64,000 nucleotides of DNA from Basidiobolus meristosporus CBS 931.73 (taxonomy: Eukaryota; Fungi; Basidiobolomycota): the NCBI GenBank assembly GCA_002104905.1, contig MCFE01000078.1, positions 62,001 through 126,000 on the forward strand, given 5' to 3'. A model generated the notes under the pieces. It did no database searches and was not told where the DNA came from. It was given only the letters and a program-made list of their open reading frames with translations. Positions 21,262 to 35,181 of the stretch are shown here, in pieces; within the stretch, counting starts at the first letter, position 1; every line of letters starts with the position of its first letter. A program made the translations under genes and the position numbers.

Positions 21262-24200
21262 CTATACTACATCTGAAAGTGCGAGGCCAGCTTGACCCTC
21301 GGTGCTGGAAGTTGTAGGTGGTTGCAACCGTGTCGGCATTCGCAGCTGGAATATGTATTGATGATGACTCTGAAAGGGTTCCATAACACAGTAGATCCCG
21401 GTCTTGTTTTTGCCATTATTTAAACATCTCAGTCCGGTGGTTTCTATTACTTGTTCCAGCGCCCCAGTTTCGACATTTCTAATTTCAATAAAGGACGGGT
21501 TGAACCCAATCAAGTATGGATAATGTAAGGCGAGGGTCGTCGGTTGACCTTCCCATTCCATAAAGAACTCGGGTCTTGAACGATGTCCATCATTATCGAT
21601 GTAGAACACAAATTCGTCATAACATAGCAGAAGCTCTTCTGATCCGATTCGATACATGGCCAACGGCTTGTAGTGCTCATACTTCGTGAAGAAGCTGAAT
21701 TGGCGCTCGTTCTTGGGATCGGGGATGGCTCTGTGAGCCTCGTTCTCCAGGTCAAGAACCTCAAATCCCTTGCTGGACACGAGATACAGTCTCTTCTTCA
21801 TAAAGCAGATCGAGTTGAAATCGGTCGAGATGCAAAGCTGATTAGTCAACTTCAGGGCATAACCATTTTTCTGGCAGAGCAATTTGGGCTTCCCCTTGAC
21901 TTGACTGACTTTGACTGGCTCCAGGATTTTGCAAAACGATTTCAGCCCTTTGAGCTTCATGATTGCAACATACTTGTGGTCGTTCAGCGTGCCTGCACAG
22001 AAGTAAGTAACATGCGAGGCAAGCTTTTGTCCATGGCGATTTACGAATCTCTTGGGATTGTCCAACAAGTCGATACTGTAGCAAATCAATAATCTATCCT
22101 GCAACACCAGTATCATCTCGAACTCCTCCAGAATTTCGATGTGCCGTATCTTTTCCAGGCTCAGCACTTTACTAAAGCTTGTAGAATTCCCTTCGATACC
22201 GACATACACTCCATCATCTGCGCCAATCACGATCTTCCGCGACTTGTTGGCGGCAGTGTAGTGCGTGGAACATGTGATCCTACACACAAGGCCAAATGTA
22301 GAATCTGAGATGGTTATGATATCAAACGCATGAGGTCTTTCCATCATTCTGCGGGCACGCTGATCCTGTATTCTGTTGACCCATTGCTTCCGCTCAGCAG
22401 GAGAGGTGGCGAGTAGTGTGTAAGTCGACCCGCGTTTACTGATGTGGGTGAAGCAAAAGGGGAACCCTAGTTTAACAGAATCCGACACCGCGGGGGAAAC
22501 TGAATCAGGCTCATTAAAGGTAAATAGCTCCAACGGGATTGGCTGAAGAGAAGAGAAGAGAAGAGGGTGGTTTAGACAATGTAACAATTACAAATCGCGT
22601 GAATACTCACCCTTCCATAAACCCGATAGAAAACGGAGCCATTGGAGTGTTTTTTTTCCTTGGTGAGCAGGAAAACATGATCAAAAAGGAACACCCGCAG
22701 AGAATGGCCGGTGGGTCGCTTAAATTGGCCTTCACGGATCAGCTTACGATTCGGGTCATTCAGTTGTAAATCCTGCAACGAATCGGGGAGTGAGCATTTT
22801 GAAAATCACTGAAACCGTGAGGGATGCCTACCTGAAATTCACCAGGCTTGAATACGATTTGGTCCATCAGATCGTGAATGCGAATGACGGAGTTGCGCTG
22901 CCCAGTTTCTTCATTGATTCTTTTCAAGATCTCTCGAATTCCATCTAAGGCCTTTCTAAGGATCTCCTTGTCTGGATTTGTCTCGGGTGTGTATTTGATA
23001 ATGCTTTCGAACAGAAGATTATATCTTCCCAGGCGGGTGGTAGGCCGGCTCATGAAGCTCTTCAGATCCAGTTTCCTTGTTTCTGGGTTTCTCTCTTGCT
23101 CCTATTTGATGTACGAGTATGTTAGATCTCTTCTTGATAGGATGGAGGGCATTGGTGTTACTTACTTGTAGATATTTTACCAAGTTCTGATTCTTCTTCA
23201 ATTCTTTGTCCAGAACCCGCTGTGCAACAACCAGATTAGAGCCATATTCCAGATAAGCTTCCATTGCTTTGATCTCGCATAGATAAATATCTCCGATTTC
23301 CTGGACGACTAGGTTCTGGTTCTGTCTCGCAACTAAGGCCTCAACAATTCTATTGTGCACCACCTCCAATTCTTTAATATTGGCAAAAAGGTCTTGAAGA
23401 AACGAGTCGACACGCTCCTTCTCTATTATCTCCTTTTCTTTCAGCGGGATGACAAATACCTAAGATTAGAACATCAGTTGAAATTCCGATAGAAGTAAAT
23501 GTCGCATTTCCGTTACCTTTTCGATCAATCTCAAGTCAGCCAGGTATTCCTCCTCAGTATAAATAGTTTCGAATATGATTTCCTGTCGCTTTATATCCTT
23601 TTCCGACATGTTTTGTGTAACCTCTGGTGGGACAGTATTTGCCCAACACCTCAGCTATTTTGTATCAGTGCTACGTCCCATTATCATAGGATAACAAGTT
23701 AACAACGTACCTTATCCCCTACTACCTCAATGCTTCTTCTAGATGGCTCCTGTGATTGATCTTGATCTTTAACCAAGGAATTGTGACTTGTATTCTTGGA
23801 ATCAACATCCAGATCGTCTGACAGTATTGATTCTTCCGAGATGGTAGAAACTTCATTTTGTTCGTTTTGGAACTCCTCCAATTGGAATACTGCACTGTCG
23901 GCATGAAGGCTGGACACTCCATCCATCTCTTTAAGCTCTTTGTCGCAGAAAGATGTGGACAAGCTAAATTCGTCGCTCGATAGATCAGACATTACCGAAG
24001 CTTCATCCAAATTCCTCGATTGTCTGGTGCAACCAGCTGAATTTGTATCAGAATCTGACTCCTTAACATCAGGCTCCTTTGCACTTTCTATAGGTGCCAG
24101 TACAATTGGATGGACAGGTGAGCTTTTTGCGGATTCGAGGGTTTCCTTGATTTTGCTCAAAGTGGGCCTTAGGTCAACACTGTGCCTCAAATCGATAATC

Positions 24201-25278
24201 TCCGCCAACGGCTTCTCATCATCATCAGAAGTGTCTTTAATATCCTTATGGCTATCTTCATGGAATTGCTGGCTTAACTCGGGCACTGAAGATTTGCGTA
24301 ACGTTTGCGCTTCCGTCTGGACATTTAAACATGATTGAAGAAGCAAGGAACCTTGTCGATGAGTGTTCATATCACGTCTTGGCGTCGCAGTAGGTGACGC
24401 ACCAAGTTCGATTTGCGGATTGTCACTACCGGACTCAGCGATCGCTTCCTTGAAGTGGTTGAAATATGGTGATTTTCAATAAATGCTCTCAGTTCTAATA
24501 AGCAAACCTCCTTGCTGTGTCCTCTTACCTGAATTGTGTGAATCCTCTTGAAAATTCGCGATTCAGGGGAAGCTGATATTTCGGTATCGATGTTCGTCGA
24601 AGATTTATGCCGAAACTGTATTGAGGGGCGCTTTGGAGAGGAAATCCTTTGCTCTAATCCTGATACTAGTAAGCTATCGGTGGTAATCGACGGGGGAAGA
24701 GGACACGACGACTTCCGGGGGATTTGTGGAAGGGGTTTGTTATGATTCGGTGCTTTACGATATTCGTAAAATGCACTATTTTCTGGTTTAAGTGGCTTAC
24801 ATACAATTAAGGTTGGCTCGTCGTTGTTACATTGCGAAAAGAAGGGTTTTTGTTGTGGTGCAGGAAGTTGTTTTCTATTATCGATATTAAGTGAGTTAAG
24901 CACTGGTGTAGAGCTTCTCTTTAAGGTTCTATTACTCCCGTTGGTGGGGAGAATCGAAAGATTTGGGCTTGACAGTATTTTTGGACTGTCATTCAAAGAT
25001 AAACATCGCTCTCTATGCGATGGAGAATTTCCTGGGCTTCTCTCTACATACCAACTAGGTCTTGGTGGAAGCGGTGGACTATCATATATAGTTCTGGGAG
25101 AACCCGATACATTACGAGTAAAGACACTAATAGCAGGAGTATTTTGACTTTCTTGGGAGGAATCAGTAGGTGATAGAGGATAAGGAAATAGAGGAGATGG
25201 AGGTCGTTTGATGTTTTCACGGTTCAATGACAAATGGGTATATGGCGAGTTTGGAGGTGGTGAAGAACTCCCCATCAT
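21262..25278 (-). CDS. Rho guanine nucleotide exchange factor with DH, PH and CNH domains (Rom1/Rom2/Rgf1-like), multi-exon
   Basis: DH start KRQEIIFETIYTEEEY, SRPTTRLGRYNLL, PH-like VFLFDH and TYTLLA, and a CNH region IVIGADDGVY...FYIDNDG.RSRPEF.MEWEGQP. GT-AG introns link the ORF-track fragments. Confidence 0.9.
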
Positions 25279-25840
25279 TCACTTGTCTAGAGATAAAAAG
25301 GGACGGGTTGCGTAGAGCAAATCTGCTATTTGAGTATATAATATTAGTCAGAAATTCACATCGATCACCTTAGAAAGTGGCTTCATCAAAATCTGATATT
25401 ATTTGAGGTGATTAAAACTAGGTAGATATTATTGGAATGCTACACAGTATCAATCCGGATAAGTCAAGCTGATCATTTATCCACTCACCAAAATGTTTAC
25501 TAAATAAATAGCCTTCTTTGATTTGCATATAGCAGTTTCTAGTACCTCTGTGATTTGCTCAAGCAGGATCCACTAAATGAGGTCTTTTATCAGCCAATGG
25601 TATGAATATATGCAAAGTCGTATTTTCGTGAAATACGATAAAATCTATAAAATCAGGCAATCGAATACCAACCATGACACGTTCTAGATCACAATGGATG
25701 TTTACCTATCCCTTGACTGTTAAATATAAGTCAATAGTCTTTAATTAGCACTTGTTATTCTTCAGATTAATACGGAATATTACAAAAGTTCAACAGTGTG
25801 GTCATGTGAATACTCGCACCATTGGGAGACATTCTGAGGC

Positions 25841-28800
25841 CTAAGCCAAGTAGTTATAGATTTTCCTAACAAGGTGGAAGAAGTGAGTTGACTGATGGGT
25901 GAATTCATCCCGAAAACAAGCTGCTTACCGATCATCTTCGGATCTTTCTATATACTCGCGCTCAATCAGCGCTTCAATACGTTTCTTTATGTCCATCGGA
26001 TTCGGCAAGAAGCGTGAGGATAATTGACGGGTGACCTCTGATATGAGGTTGTTGTGCCCCATCGTTTTACGATCTTTCATGATTCGTACCGCAGCCGCCT
26101 CAATCTGATGTTTACGATCTTCATCTACTCGTTCACGTGTTTCCTTTCTTTCTCCCTCATTCTCCGCTTTGCTAGCAATGGTCTGAATTTTGATACGGGC
26201 TAATGGAGCACTAAATTCCGAGTTAAACATGAACCGATCCGTTTCGTGAACTTCTCTCGATTTGGGTTCTTTCAGTAAAATCTTATATTTGGCACATGCA
26301 AGGGATTGTAGGTGACGCTTGAGCTCATTTTCAGGAATTTCCGAGTCGCTTTTGATTTGCTAGGATGCCAGTTTTCATTAGAATTACAACGGATTGATGT
26401 ATAATACCGCATATTTGTTATACTTCATATGTTAAGTGCTCCCCTTCTTCCACATCGTTGAAAAGCATCAAGATAACCATCTGGTAGGTAGATACGTTTA
26501 ACTCGTGTTTCTTGGTTTTGAATTGGGTACGGATGTCTGCTGAGCCCTAAATAAAATGAGATAAGCCTTGGTCTGGCTTAATACTGCATTTTGGGATTCG
26601 TACAAGATTTGTTTGCCATGTAAGACGACGCCCACTATGTCTTCCAAGATAAAAGTTTTCAAAGGTTTGACAGGCGGCCATGACTTCAGGGGGGAGCATA
26701 CACGAGGTGCTCGAGGTATTAACAGGCCAAAAGGTGGATGTCAATACAGATACATGGAGCTCAATGGGCATACCCTGTCTCATGAGTTTTCGCTCAAATG
26801 AATGAATAATTCACGTGATCTATCTGTATACGGAGTACATTACCTCATTTTCTGTCAGATTGTTGATATACTCTTTGAAATCTGACATGGTATCAGATGT
26901 CAGTCTCATATCATTGAACATCCCTTCCAATTTGGTGGTGAATTGGTAGCCACATTCAATCTAGAAATATCCGTTATTTGAAGGTATTGGGGCCGTCTAA
27001 TGAAAGTAATAAAACCACCTTCAATTTAGATATCATTCCACGTTCAGCATCATCAGAAACGCTTCTTCCAGTCAAGAGACGTTTCGCAAGGTGTTGCTTG
27101 TAGTATCTTTCAAAGACATCTTTTTCTTCTATGAAACGAAATACTGATATCGTTTTATCCAGAAGCAAATCAACCTCTTCCTCTGATTTCTTGAAGCCGT
27201 TGAGTTATGTGAGATAAATCCGAATACATCATAGTTATACTCACCCCTTTAAGCCCTTTCTTGAGGTTTTCATCAATAAATAATGATAAATATTCTGGAC
27301 TTTTCTGATTTTTGTTGATGAAGCTTTCGAAAGCCTAAAATTAAAATTCTCGTCAGATAGAGGGCTTAGGTATACGTAAGTATCAACGTACATTATTGAT
27401 TGCAATCTGAAATTGCTTATCTTTACCAGTTGCCAGTTCAAGTACTTCGTCGAATTTGTCTTTCAGATCCAACACATCTTGAACCCATCTGAGCGCTATG
27501 CTCATAGCGGCGTTAATTCCGGACCCTTTCCCTGTAGTGCTATCTACTGCTTCGCAGTTCGAGTTTATAGTATCCCCAAGTTTTTTGATATGTTGGTTGA
27601 TTGCCGCTTTCATTTCAGCATGACCTGACTCAATGCGCGCAAGTAATTTGTACATTCGAAGAATATCTACAACGAAGATTAGTCAAAAAGCCGTGTTTTT
27701 CGGTCAAGTCAGCATACACACCTTCATTCCTATCATTCATCAACATAGCAACTAAGCCAGAGTTTTCCATCTATAACGCGATATACAAATATCAACATCG
27801 ATTGCCCATGGAAACCATAAGGTTTATTACCTCAATGATGATCTTGAGATGATTCTCCAGCATTTCCTTCTCAATGATTGACCTAATCTTGGGCTCAGTA
27901 CCCGAGTATAAATAGTGCTGAGAACGTTGTTCTTCTTCGGTGAGCCGCTTCTCAACCTATTCTAAAAATGAATATGTGCAGAGATAAGGGAAAGTAGAAT
28001 CGATGGATACATGACCTTTCTTAAATACTCCGGTGAATCACAAGCTCCAATAAGAGTTTGACCTTCCACTCTGTAAAACTGTGCGCTTGATTCGAGAAAC
28101 TTGCTCTCAAAGTCGACTTGATATACAGTAAAGAAGGAATTACCATCATCAGCCAAGTCCAACAACATATCGATAGTGGTTTTGATTACGCCTCTGTCGA
28201 TCATTTCACCTTCTCGTTCTCGCAGAATTTGTTGGAGCACCACTGCTACTAGCTGCGGTTGAATGCAGAACTTTGGAGAACGTAACACTTCATCTCTAAA
28301 AAGACATAACCCCAAGTCGTAAATGGGTGGACAATCCGGGGTTTTGGCCGAATAGATACGGTCCTACATTAAGCACATCATCAGCTTATTTTCCTGTCGA
28401 TATCACTCAAAGAGAAATCATATGTGAATTACCATATACAACAAAATATCCCTAATCATACGCATACATGTAACGTGCTCTGTCCAAACGGCATTCAACG
28501 TCTTAAGAGAGGTGATGCAGCTAGTGCCATTCGTAGAGATTCCCCCACTACTATTGCCAGAACTATTAAATGCAGGTACGATCTTGTTGATCGTTTCGTC
28601 CTTTAAATGCTCCGCGATAACGCCCTTGACACCAGTGTATAATTTTTCTCCACATTTATGCAAAACCATGTTGTATGCAGTACGATACAGCTCTTCGAAG
28701 CTTAAAGTTGATACATTTTTACAATAGATTTGTCGTATCGCTTGAGATATTTTTTCCCAACTTTCCTCGGAATGTTTTTCTGTGACCGCCTAAACAGGGG

Positions 28801-29093
28801 AGAATAGGTAATACAAGGTAAACAAATAAAATAAGACCTGGTCAGTGACTGGATGTTGTTTAAAGTAGAAGAATTAAAACATGCAATCAAATAATATGAG
28901 TAGGTAGCGGATAGCTGTTGAGGGTGGCACCCATTAGCTTATATTCGGTGAAGACTTTATGGAACATGGTCACACCCAGCCTTAAACAAACCTCAGAAAC
29001 GCCACAAATTGAAAAGGAAACTGAAGAAAATGTTCATACTTTACGTGGTGGCGCTCTAATTCTAATTTTGGGTTTGGGACTAACGTACGACAT
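25841..29093 (-). CDS. CUL3: Cullin-3, multi-exon
   Basis: N-terminus [64 protein letters not shown], neddylation motif AAAVRIMK and C-terminus KIYNYLA*. Confidence 0.96.
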
Positions 29094-29492
29094 AGGCGAA
29101 GTCGGGTCAATGAGTTGATACAGGTGAACAACAGAATGAACTTCTGTCAAAGAATTAGTAAATACAGCCGAGTTAAAAAGGGGCACAGCTTGATTAGCCA
29201 TTAAAATATATGTACCAAATGTATATGTATAATCGGCGTGTGAGGGTACTGTGGTAGTTTAATGCTAATTTTAGTGACGTTGGTTGTGACCTGATCCAAT
29301 TCTCAAACCACGTGATTTTGAGAAGATTCAAGAAAAAAAACCTCGTGAAGCTAGAATTCGATCAAATTGTGGGATGGGGTGGTAGATACTAACCCTAAAT
29401 TGAAACAAATAGGCCAACTCATAAAAAAGGGAAACATCGAAATCAGGACCTTCTCTTTTACGCACGTTCAACGGGCACTTTTTGCATCCAAC

Positions 29493-30366
29493 ATGAAGGT
29501 AATCAACGATCCATCTCGATATCCATCTTATGCATCAGTCCTTCAACACCATTATTAACTTTCATATAACTAGTTGAACATCGCCAACCCAGCTACTGGC
29601 TGCCAAAAGACCATCGAAATTGATGATGAGCGCAAGGTGTAAGTAGACACACACCAAAACGAATTAACCCCAAGAACGTATATTGATGTGCACTTCTTAT
29701 AGTCGTGCTTTCTACGACAAACGTATGTCTGCTGAAGTTCCAGGTGACTCCCTCGGTGACGAGTTCAAGGGATACGTTTTCCGTATCACCGGTGGTAACG
29801 ATAAGCAAGGTTTCCCTATGAAGCAAGGTATCCTTCTTCCCCACCGTGTTCGCCTTCTTTTGTCCAAGGGCCACTCTTGCTACCGCCCCCGTCGTACTGG
29901 TGAGCGCAAGAGAAAGTCTGTCCGCGGTTGCATCGTCGGCTCCGATCTTTCTGTCCTCTCCTTGGTCATTGTCAAGCAAGGTGAACAGGAACTCCCAGGA
30001 TTGACTGATACCACCGTTCCCAAGCGCCTGGGTCCCAAGAGAGCCTCCAAGCTCAGAAAGATGTTCAATCTCACCAAGGACGATGATGTTCGCAAGTTCG
30101 TCATTCGCCGTGAGGTCCAACCTAAGAACGCTGAGAAGAAGCCCTACACCAAGGCCCCCAAGATTCAACGTCTTGTTACCCCCCTCACTCTCCAACGTAA
30201 GAGACACAGAATTGCTCTTAAGCGCAAGAACTCCCAAGCTTCCAAGGAGGCTGCTGCCGAATACGCCAAACTTCTTGCCCAACGCGTCAAGGAGCAACGT
30301 GAGAGAAAGGAGGAGATCAAGAAGAGAAGACTCAGTTCTCAACACGCTTCCGCTGCCAAGAACTAA
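29493..30366 (+). CDS. RPS6: 40S ribosomal protein S6 (eS6), join(29493..29498,29574..29638,29703..30366), 244 aa
   Basis: [42 protein letters not shown] and [11 protein letters not shown]. Strong codon bias. Confidence 0.98.
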
Positions 30367-30548
30367 TTCCCTCAGTAATGAAATCATCCTTTATAACAAT
30401 AACCATGTTTACTTGAATAAAGCACAGTATTGTGGTCAAATATTCGAAAGGTTGATGTTAGTTAAATTAGTTACTTTAGTTCTAGGAATTTATTCAATCG
30501 CAAATATCTCGAGATATGGAAGGGAAAAATCAACATGTTGCTATTCAT

Positions 30549-30968
30549 TTAATTACGGGTAGGCTTGAGGGAATCGAAGTGGGCACGTTCAGCAACTTCT
30601 CTTTCGACTTCGTCAATAATGGGCTGAAGATAGCGAATATCATCTTCAGGCTTAGTCCACTTCTCCTTAGGAAGTTCGGTATGACTCAAACTACACTGCA
30701 TGGCAACACGCAAACGATAGGCTCTATCGTAAGCCTCTTTTTCGGAAAGACGCCTCAAGGCCTCTCTCACAACATCACTCTCCTCGGCAATAATGTCATC
30801 GTAACGTAAACCTAAGCAAATCCATGCTCAGTAATCAGGTCAAGGACTAAAGGAAAAATTAACTCTACCTAATTTACGATAACCAGCAGCGTTGGCGTAG
30901 GCGTTGCCTAAGGGAACAAAGATCTTCTTCAAGAAAGAGCTGCTTTTAATGTAATTGGCAAGGGACAT
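30549..30968 (-). CDS. QCR7: Cytochrome bc1 complex subunit 7, complement(join(30549..30811,30869..30968)), 120 aa
   Basis: AAGYRKLGLRYDDIIAEE..V.EALRRL and AYRLRVAMQCSLSH.ELPKE.W. Confidence 0.95.
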
Positions 30969-31865
30969 ATTGAAGAATAGGTCAAGTGCGGTCAAGAGAG
31001 AATTGTTGCGGGGGAAAGATTGGAAATTTTTCGAGTCAGGATAAGGGAGAAAAATTGATTCCACTAATACCCCAATCCTCCAATATAGGAACAAATTACA
31101 TTGACTTGTGCTACAGTGCGTCGCAAGTATTTGGAGCCCCAACAATGTCAACAGGATTGGATTTTGTTGGTTCATGAGTAATGCCAATCTGGGGTTATCT
31201 AAATATAAACCAATCATGCAATGTACATCTGTAGATCACTGCTATTCCTCCACAATAATTGCTTGGCTTAATGCCAACTACACTACAGCGTTACTGCTTT
31301 TTACGATTCACCCAGTGGAAGTCAATGCAGTAACGGTACACCAACTAAAATGGTATCACAAAGTATGGAAGGTAAGCGGTTCTAGTCTGCTCTTTGGTCT
31401 GCTCGGAGTGAGGGTTGAAGAATAGCTCGGCAAACATTGGAATTGAAGCTGTAACCACATAAGAACTGCAGATAATGACAGGGATCCGGATATTGATATA
31501 TCTAAGAGTACTATTAACTCCAGAAGGTTTAGGCTAAGGAATACTTGTGGTATATGAATACAAATATCAAAGAAACAATGGGAGCTGAAAAAATGCTGCG
31601 AACTACATCATACATTGGAACTACTTGTGAATATGCAACAACAGGCGCAAGAAACGGGCTTCATGATTAGGACAAATCAATCGCGACATTTTCTCACCAG
31701 TGGCCACTTAATTAGTTGTTACGGTTACATAAGATATTACCCAAGATTTTCATAAATCTATAGATAATATCGCGAACATGTAAACAACTCAAGATCGATC
31801 GAGTGCAGAAATATAGCAAACATGTTTGTTGCCTCCATTTGCTTCATTTCTTAGTTGAGTTCGCA

Positions 31866-32110
31866 ATGGCATTACCTCGTACACTTTGCCATGGACTGAC
31901 ACCAGCTGAGATTGAGCTTAGCAGAAAACGAAATGATCGAGATTTTATCCAACTTCCGCATTAGAATATGTACCAAAGAGGAGCTGTTCCATCGGTATTT
32001 TACCAGTGGATCTTAGCTACAGTGTATATACTTTCGCATAAATCATAAAGCTACTAGTCACTCCATAGAAATCGGACTGCTGCTTAAACTCTTTATTGAT
32101 CAAGAAACGA
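31866..32110 (+). pseudogene. PSF2: Frameshifted remnant of GINS subunit PSF2
   Basis: MALPRTLCHGLTPAEIE[frameshift]LAENEMIEILSNFR matches the Psf2 N-terminus (..TP.E.EFLAE.E...I.PNF). The central conserved block is absent, with only scattered weak similarity further on. Confidence 0.65.
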
Positions 32111-32480
32111 GGTACGGACCTTCCAAAGATAGTGGACATGGTGGAATAAAAAAAGGGAGGTAATTTACGATTACTAAAATAGAGTTGACACAACATGGTA
32201 TTATAATATGTTACGAGCGGAGGGTGAGTCTGAGAAATTACAAAATACCCCGCTCCTTAATCGGATATAATAAATCAATCACTGCAAATAACTGGAAGAG
32301 TTAAAGTCAACCAAAGGATATGTTTTAGAATGGCCAAAAGTTATGCACTACTTTGATCAAAACAAACCGATGGAATTCGCTTTGGAACGAGAGAATCGAC
32401 TAGTAAACTGACTTTCCACCGGGGAATATATTACAAGCAACTCGACCATTCGAAATTGATGCTCTAACAGAGCTGGATAT

Positions 32481-35181
32481 TCAAGTAGGAATCTGAATAA
32501 GCTCATCATCCTGAGCTAGTGTTTGGAACCAATAGATCAAGTATTCGAGCGGACGGGTGCGGGGCTGCTGCTGATCCTGCTGATTGGTAGCATGCTCTGG
32601 ATACCATGCCATTGCTGTGCCATTGGTATTGCTAACTTGCTCAATCTTCCGGTCAAGTATTGGTTGTTGCAGAAACATTGTGGTTAATATTCCAAGGATG
32701 TACACAACCAAGGTATACAGGATGACCGTGACAGTACCGCTTCCACGAGTTTTCACCAAAGTGGTGTTACCGCTGTCGAGCCTATTTAGACCGTTTAAAG
32801 ACTTTGAAGTGGACGCAGGGGCATCCAATCGACGCCGAAGTAGATTCTCTCGAGGTTTGGGGGCTCTTTGAAGGAGCCCAGTTGAGCTACCAGATGCCAT
32901 ATCACAATTATCGGAATGAGAAAGCAGCTCCTGGATAAGGAGTTCTTGCGCGTTAAACTTATTAATGAGTTTCTGGTACTCCATTTCCAAACTTTGGTGA
33001 AATTGATCGCTTTCTTCATCAAGCATTCTGTCAGCCTCTGACTCCAGTTGTTTACCAGCCAATTGGCTTTTAGTCGGTACAACATATTTATATTGTAGGG
33101 CTTCGTCAGTCTGAGCTTTCGACGTAGTTTGACGCTCAGATTGAATACCGGCTTCTTGGGTGACAAAGGTATTGGTGTTGTTTCGTAAGTGATCAATCTC
33201 TTCCTGAAGCGACTGTCTTTCAAGTGCTATTGCTTTCTTGGCTTCCTGAAGTTGATTTACGGCTTTTTCCAGCTTTCTAGAAGCATCTTCGGCTTCGGTT
33301 TTGAACATAGTGTTCTGACGCTCGAGAAATGCGATATAGCTACGGTCTGATTCAGAATCCAATTCTAAAACAGGTAGAACTTGATCACCATCTGCTGAAT
33401 TTGGGAATATGCCACTATTAGAATCATCAAGCAGTGACGATAGTTCGAAATGCAGGTTTTTCTCACTCTCTACAGTGGAAACCTCCTCAAACTCTTTTAA
33501 TGACACATTTATAGGCTTGTTGATTCCTTTGATGGCGTCATCAAGTTCATGCCGCAAGCGGTCAACCACATCCCGAAGATGTTGATTCTCATCCTTTAGT
33601 TCATCAACTTCTTGCTCAAGCGTCTGAGCAAATGCAACTTCCTGCTCCAATCGGGAGATATGAGTTTCGAATGCTATACGCTCTTGTTGGTATTTTTTTT
33701 GCTCAACTGCAAAGCCTTCAAGATCCATTTCAGATTTGAGGAGCTCTTCTTCTCGAACCTTCAATAGATGCTGTATCTTTTCCATTTCCTCCCGTTTTTC
33801 GTCATATTGTCGACGTAAATCACTATACAAGTTTTTGTGATGTGAAAGGACTCTGGATATTGACACGATCTCTGATTCCAACTACAATTGTTATATAATA
33901 GACTTAGTATCAGGAAGTCAAAATAAAGAGTCCCTGTTGCTATAGTACCATGCCTATTTGCTGTAGATGGGCTTTTTCATTGCTCTTGTACTCCTGGATT
34001 TCTCGTTTTTTGGCTGTTAATTCTGTATTCATTTCGTCTACACGAGATTGAAGCTCCGAAATACGCTCCTCATGTTGCCGAACTGAAAGAGTAAGATTCT
34101 TTTCCGTTTGATGGAGCCTCTTATTCAGCTCTAGTGAAATGCGACTTAAATGTCCGATCTGAGATACAGGGTCTTTGGACTACATAATGTATGCACTAAG
34201 TATGTGAAATAAATGGAGAACGAGCAGGAATTTGGGCACGTACATTAATACTAAAGTCATCGCCGCCAAATCCTTCAAAACTCTTTTCGTCTCCAAGAAA
34301 AGAGTCATCAAGGATTTCGCTACCATACAACTCCATGAAGCTGCGGCTATATCTCAGAGATTTTGGGTTCTCGGTGGGCGATGCCTATAAGGGTTACATG
34401 ATAAATGAGGAGGCTTAAGCATTCAGGCTATTGAGCACAATACCTTGGGAATTCTTGATTTAGTAGAATAATGCTCGATAGAGCGTTCAAACGATAAAGA
34501 GTCTTCATCCTCAAAATCATCAAGTGTAGGAACTGCTGCGTATGTATCCCGTTTCTTGTCTACCTCTGTTAAGTGAAAAAATAGGTCAGTAAGATACTGA
34601 TATATCATAACTCGGGGAAACTATATTACCGGCTGCAGCTTTGCGAGTTGAAAGTGTGCGTGTGACTGGTGTGGTCCTCTGTCTCGAGGAAAGCGGTGAC
34701 AAGGGGTGTGCAAAGCCCAAAGTAGTGTGAGGTCTTGGTGTAGTAGGGGGACGATTATTTCTGGCTGGGTTCTTAGGGCATGAGGAGGTATTAGAGGAAG
34801 GTGGGGGTGCAGAGAGTTGGGAAATTAATCTATAGAGGTCTTGGGGGGAAAGTTCCAATTTGGCGTTCTTCAGGCAAAATTTCTGGAATAGCTTTTTGGG
34901 CTCTGAATCTAAGAGTTCAACTCCCTGTTCGCGTTCAAAAAAATCAAATATAGGAAACAAATCTCGGGCTACGATGGAGCCGCGGTTATCTGGGTCGAAC
35001 TTTGTAAATATTGCCTCGAGGTTCGAATGGAGGGTTGAAAGTGTGCTGGCAGAGTTCCCCTAAGTGTAGTCCAGTCTGGTTTAGAGAGGAAGATAGACAC
35101 AGATAATGATGAAGAAGTATGGTGAATTGCTACCTTTTTTTTTATTTCTTCACCAGTGTTTTGGGCCCGAGTGGTTGACAT
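32481..35181 (-). CDS. EF-hand-like N-terminus, long coiled coil, single C-terminal TM and luminal tail ending IPT; candidate KASH-domain protein; multi-exon
   Basis: Exon 2 encodes IFTKFDPDNRGSI. The last exon is E/K/Q/L heptad-rich, followed by TM VILYTLVVYILGILTTMFL and a ~62-aa tail ...LEYLIYWFQTLAQDDELIQIPT*. The middle exons are modelled only in part. Confidence 0.7.

Noticed and set aside
29593-30387. 264-aa minus-strand ORF
   Set aside because: Antisense shadow of the strongly codon-biased RPS6 CDS.
34586-34600. GTATCTTA on the minus strand as a possible U12 donor in the KASH-like gene
   Set aside because: The implied intron would be only ~33 nt. An upstream GTAATA donor gives a normal in-frame GT-AG intron.
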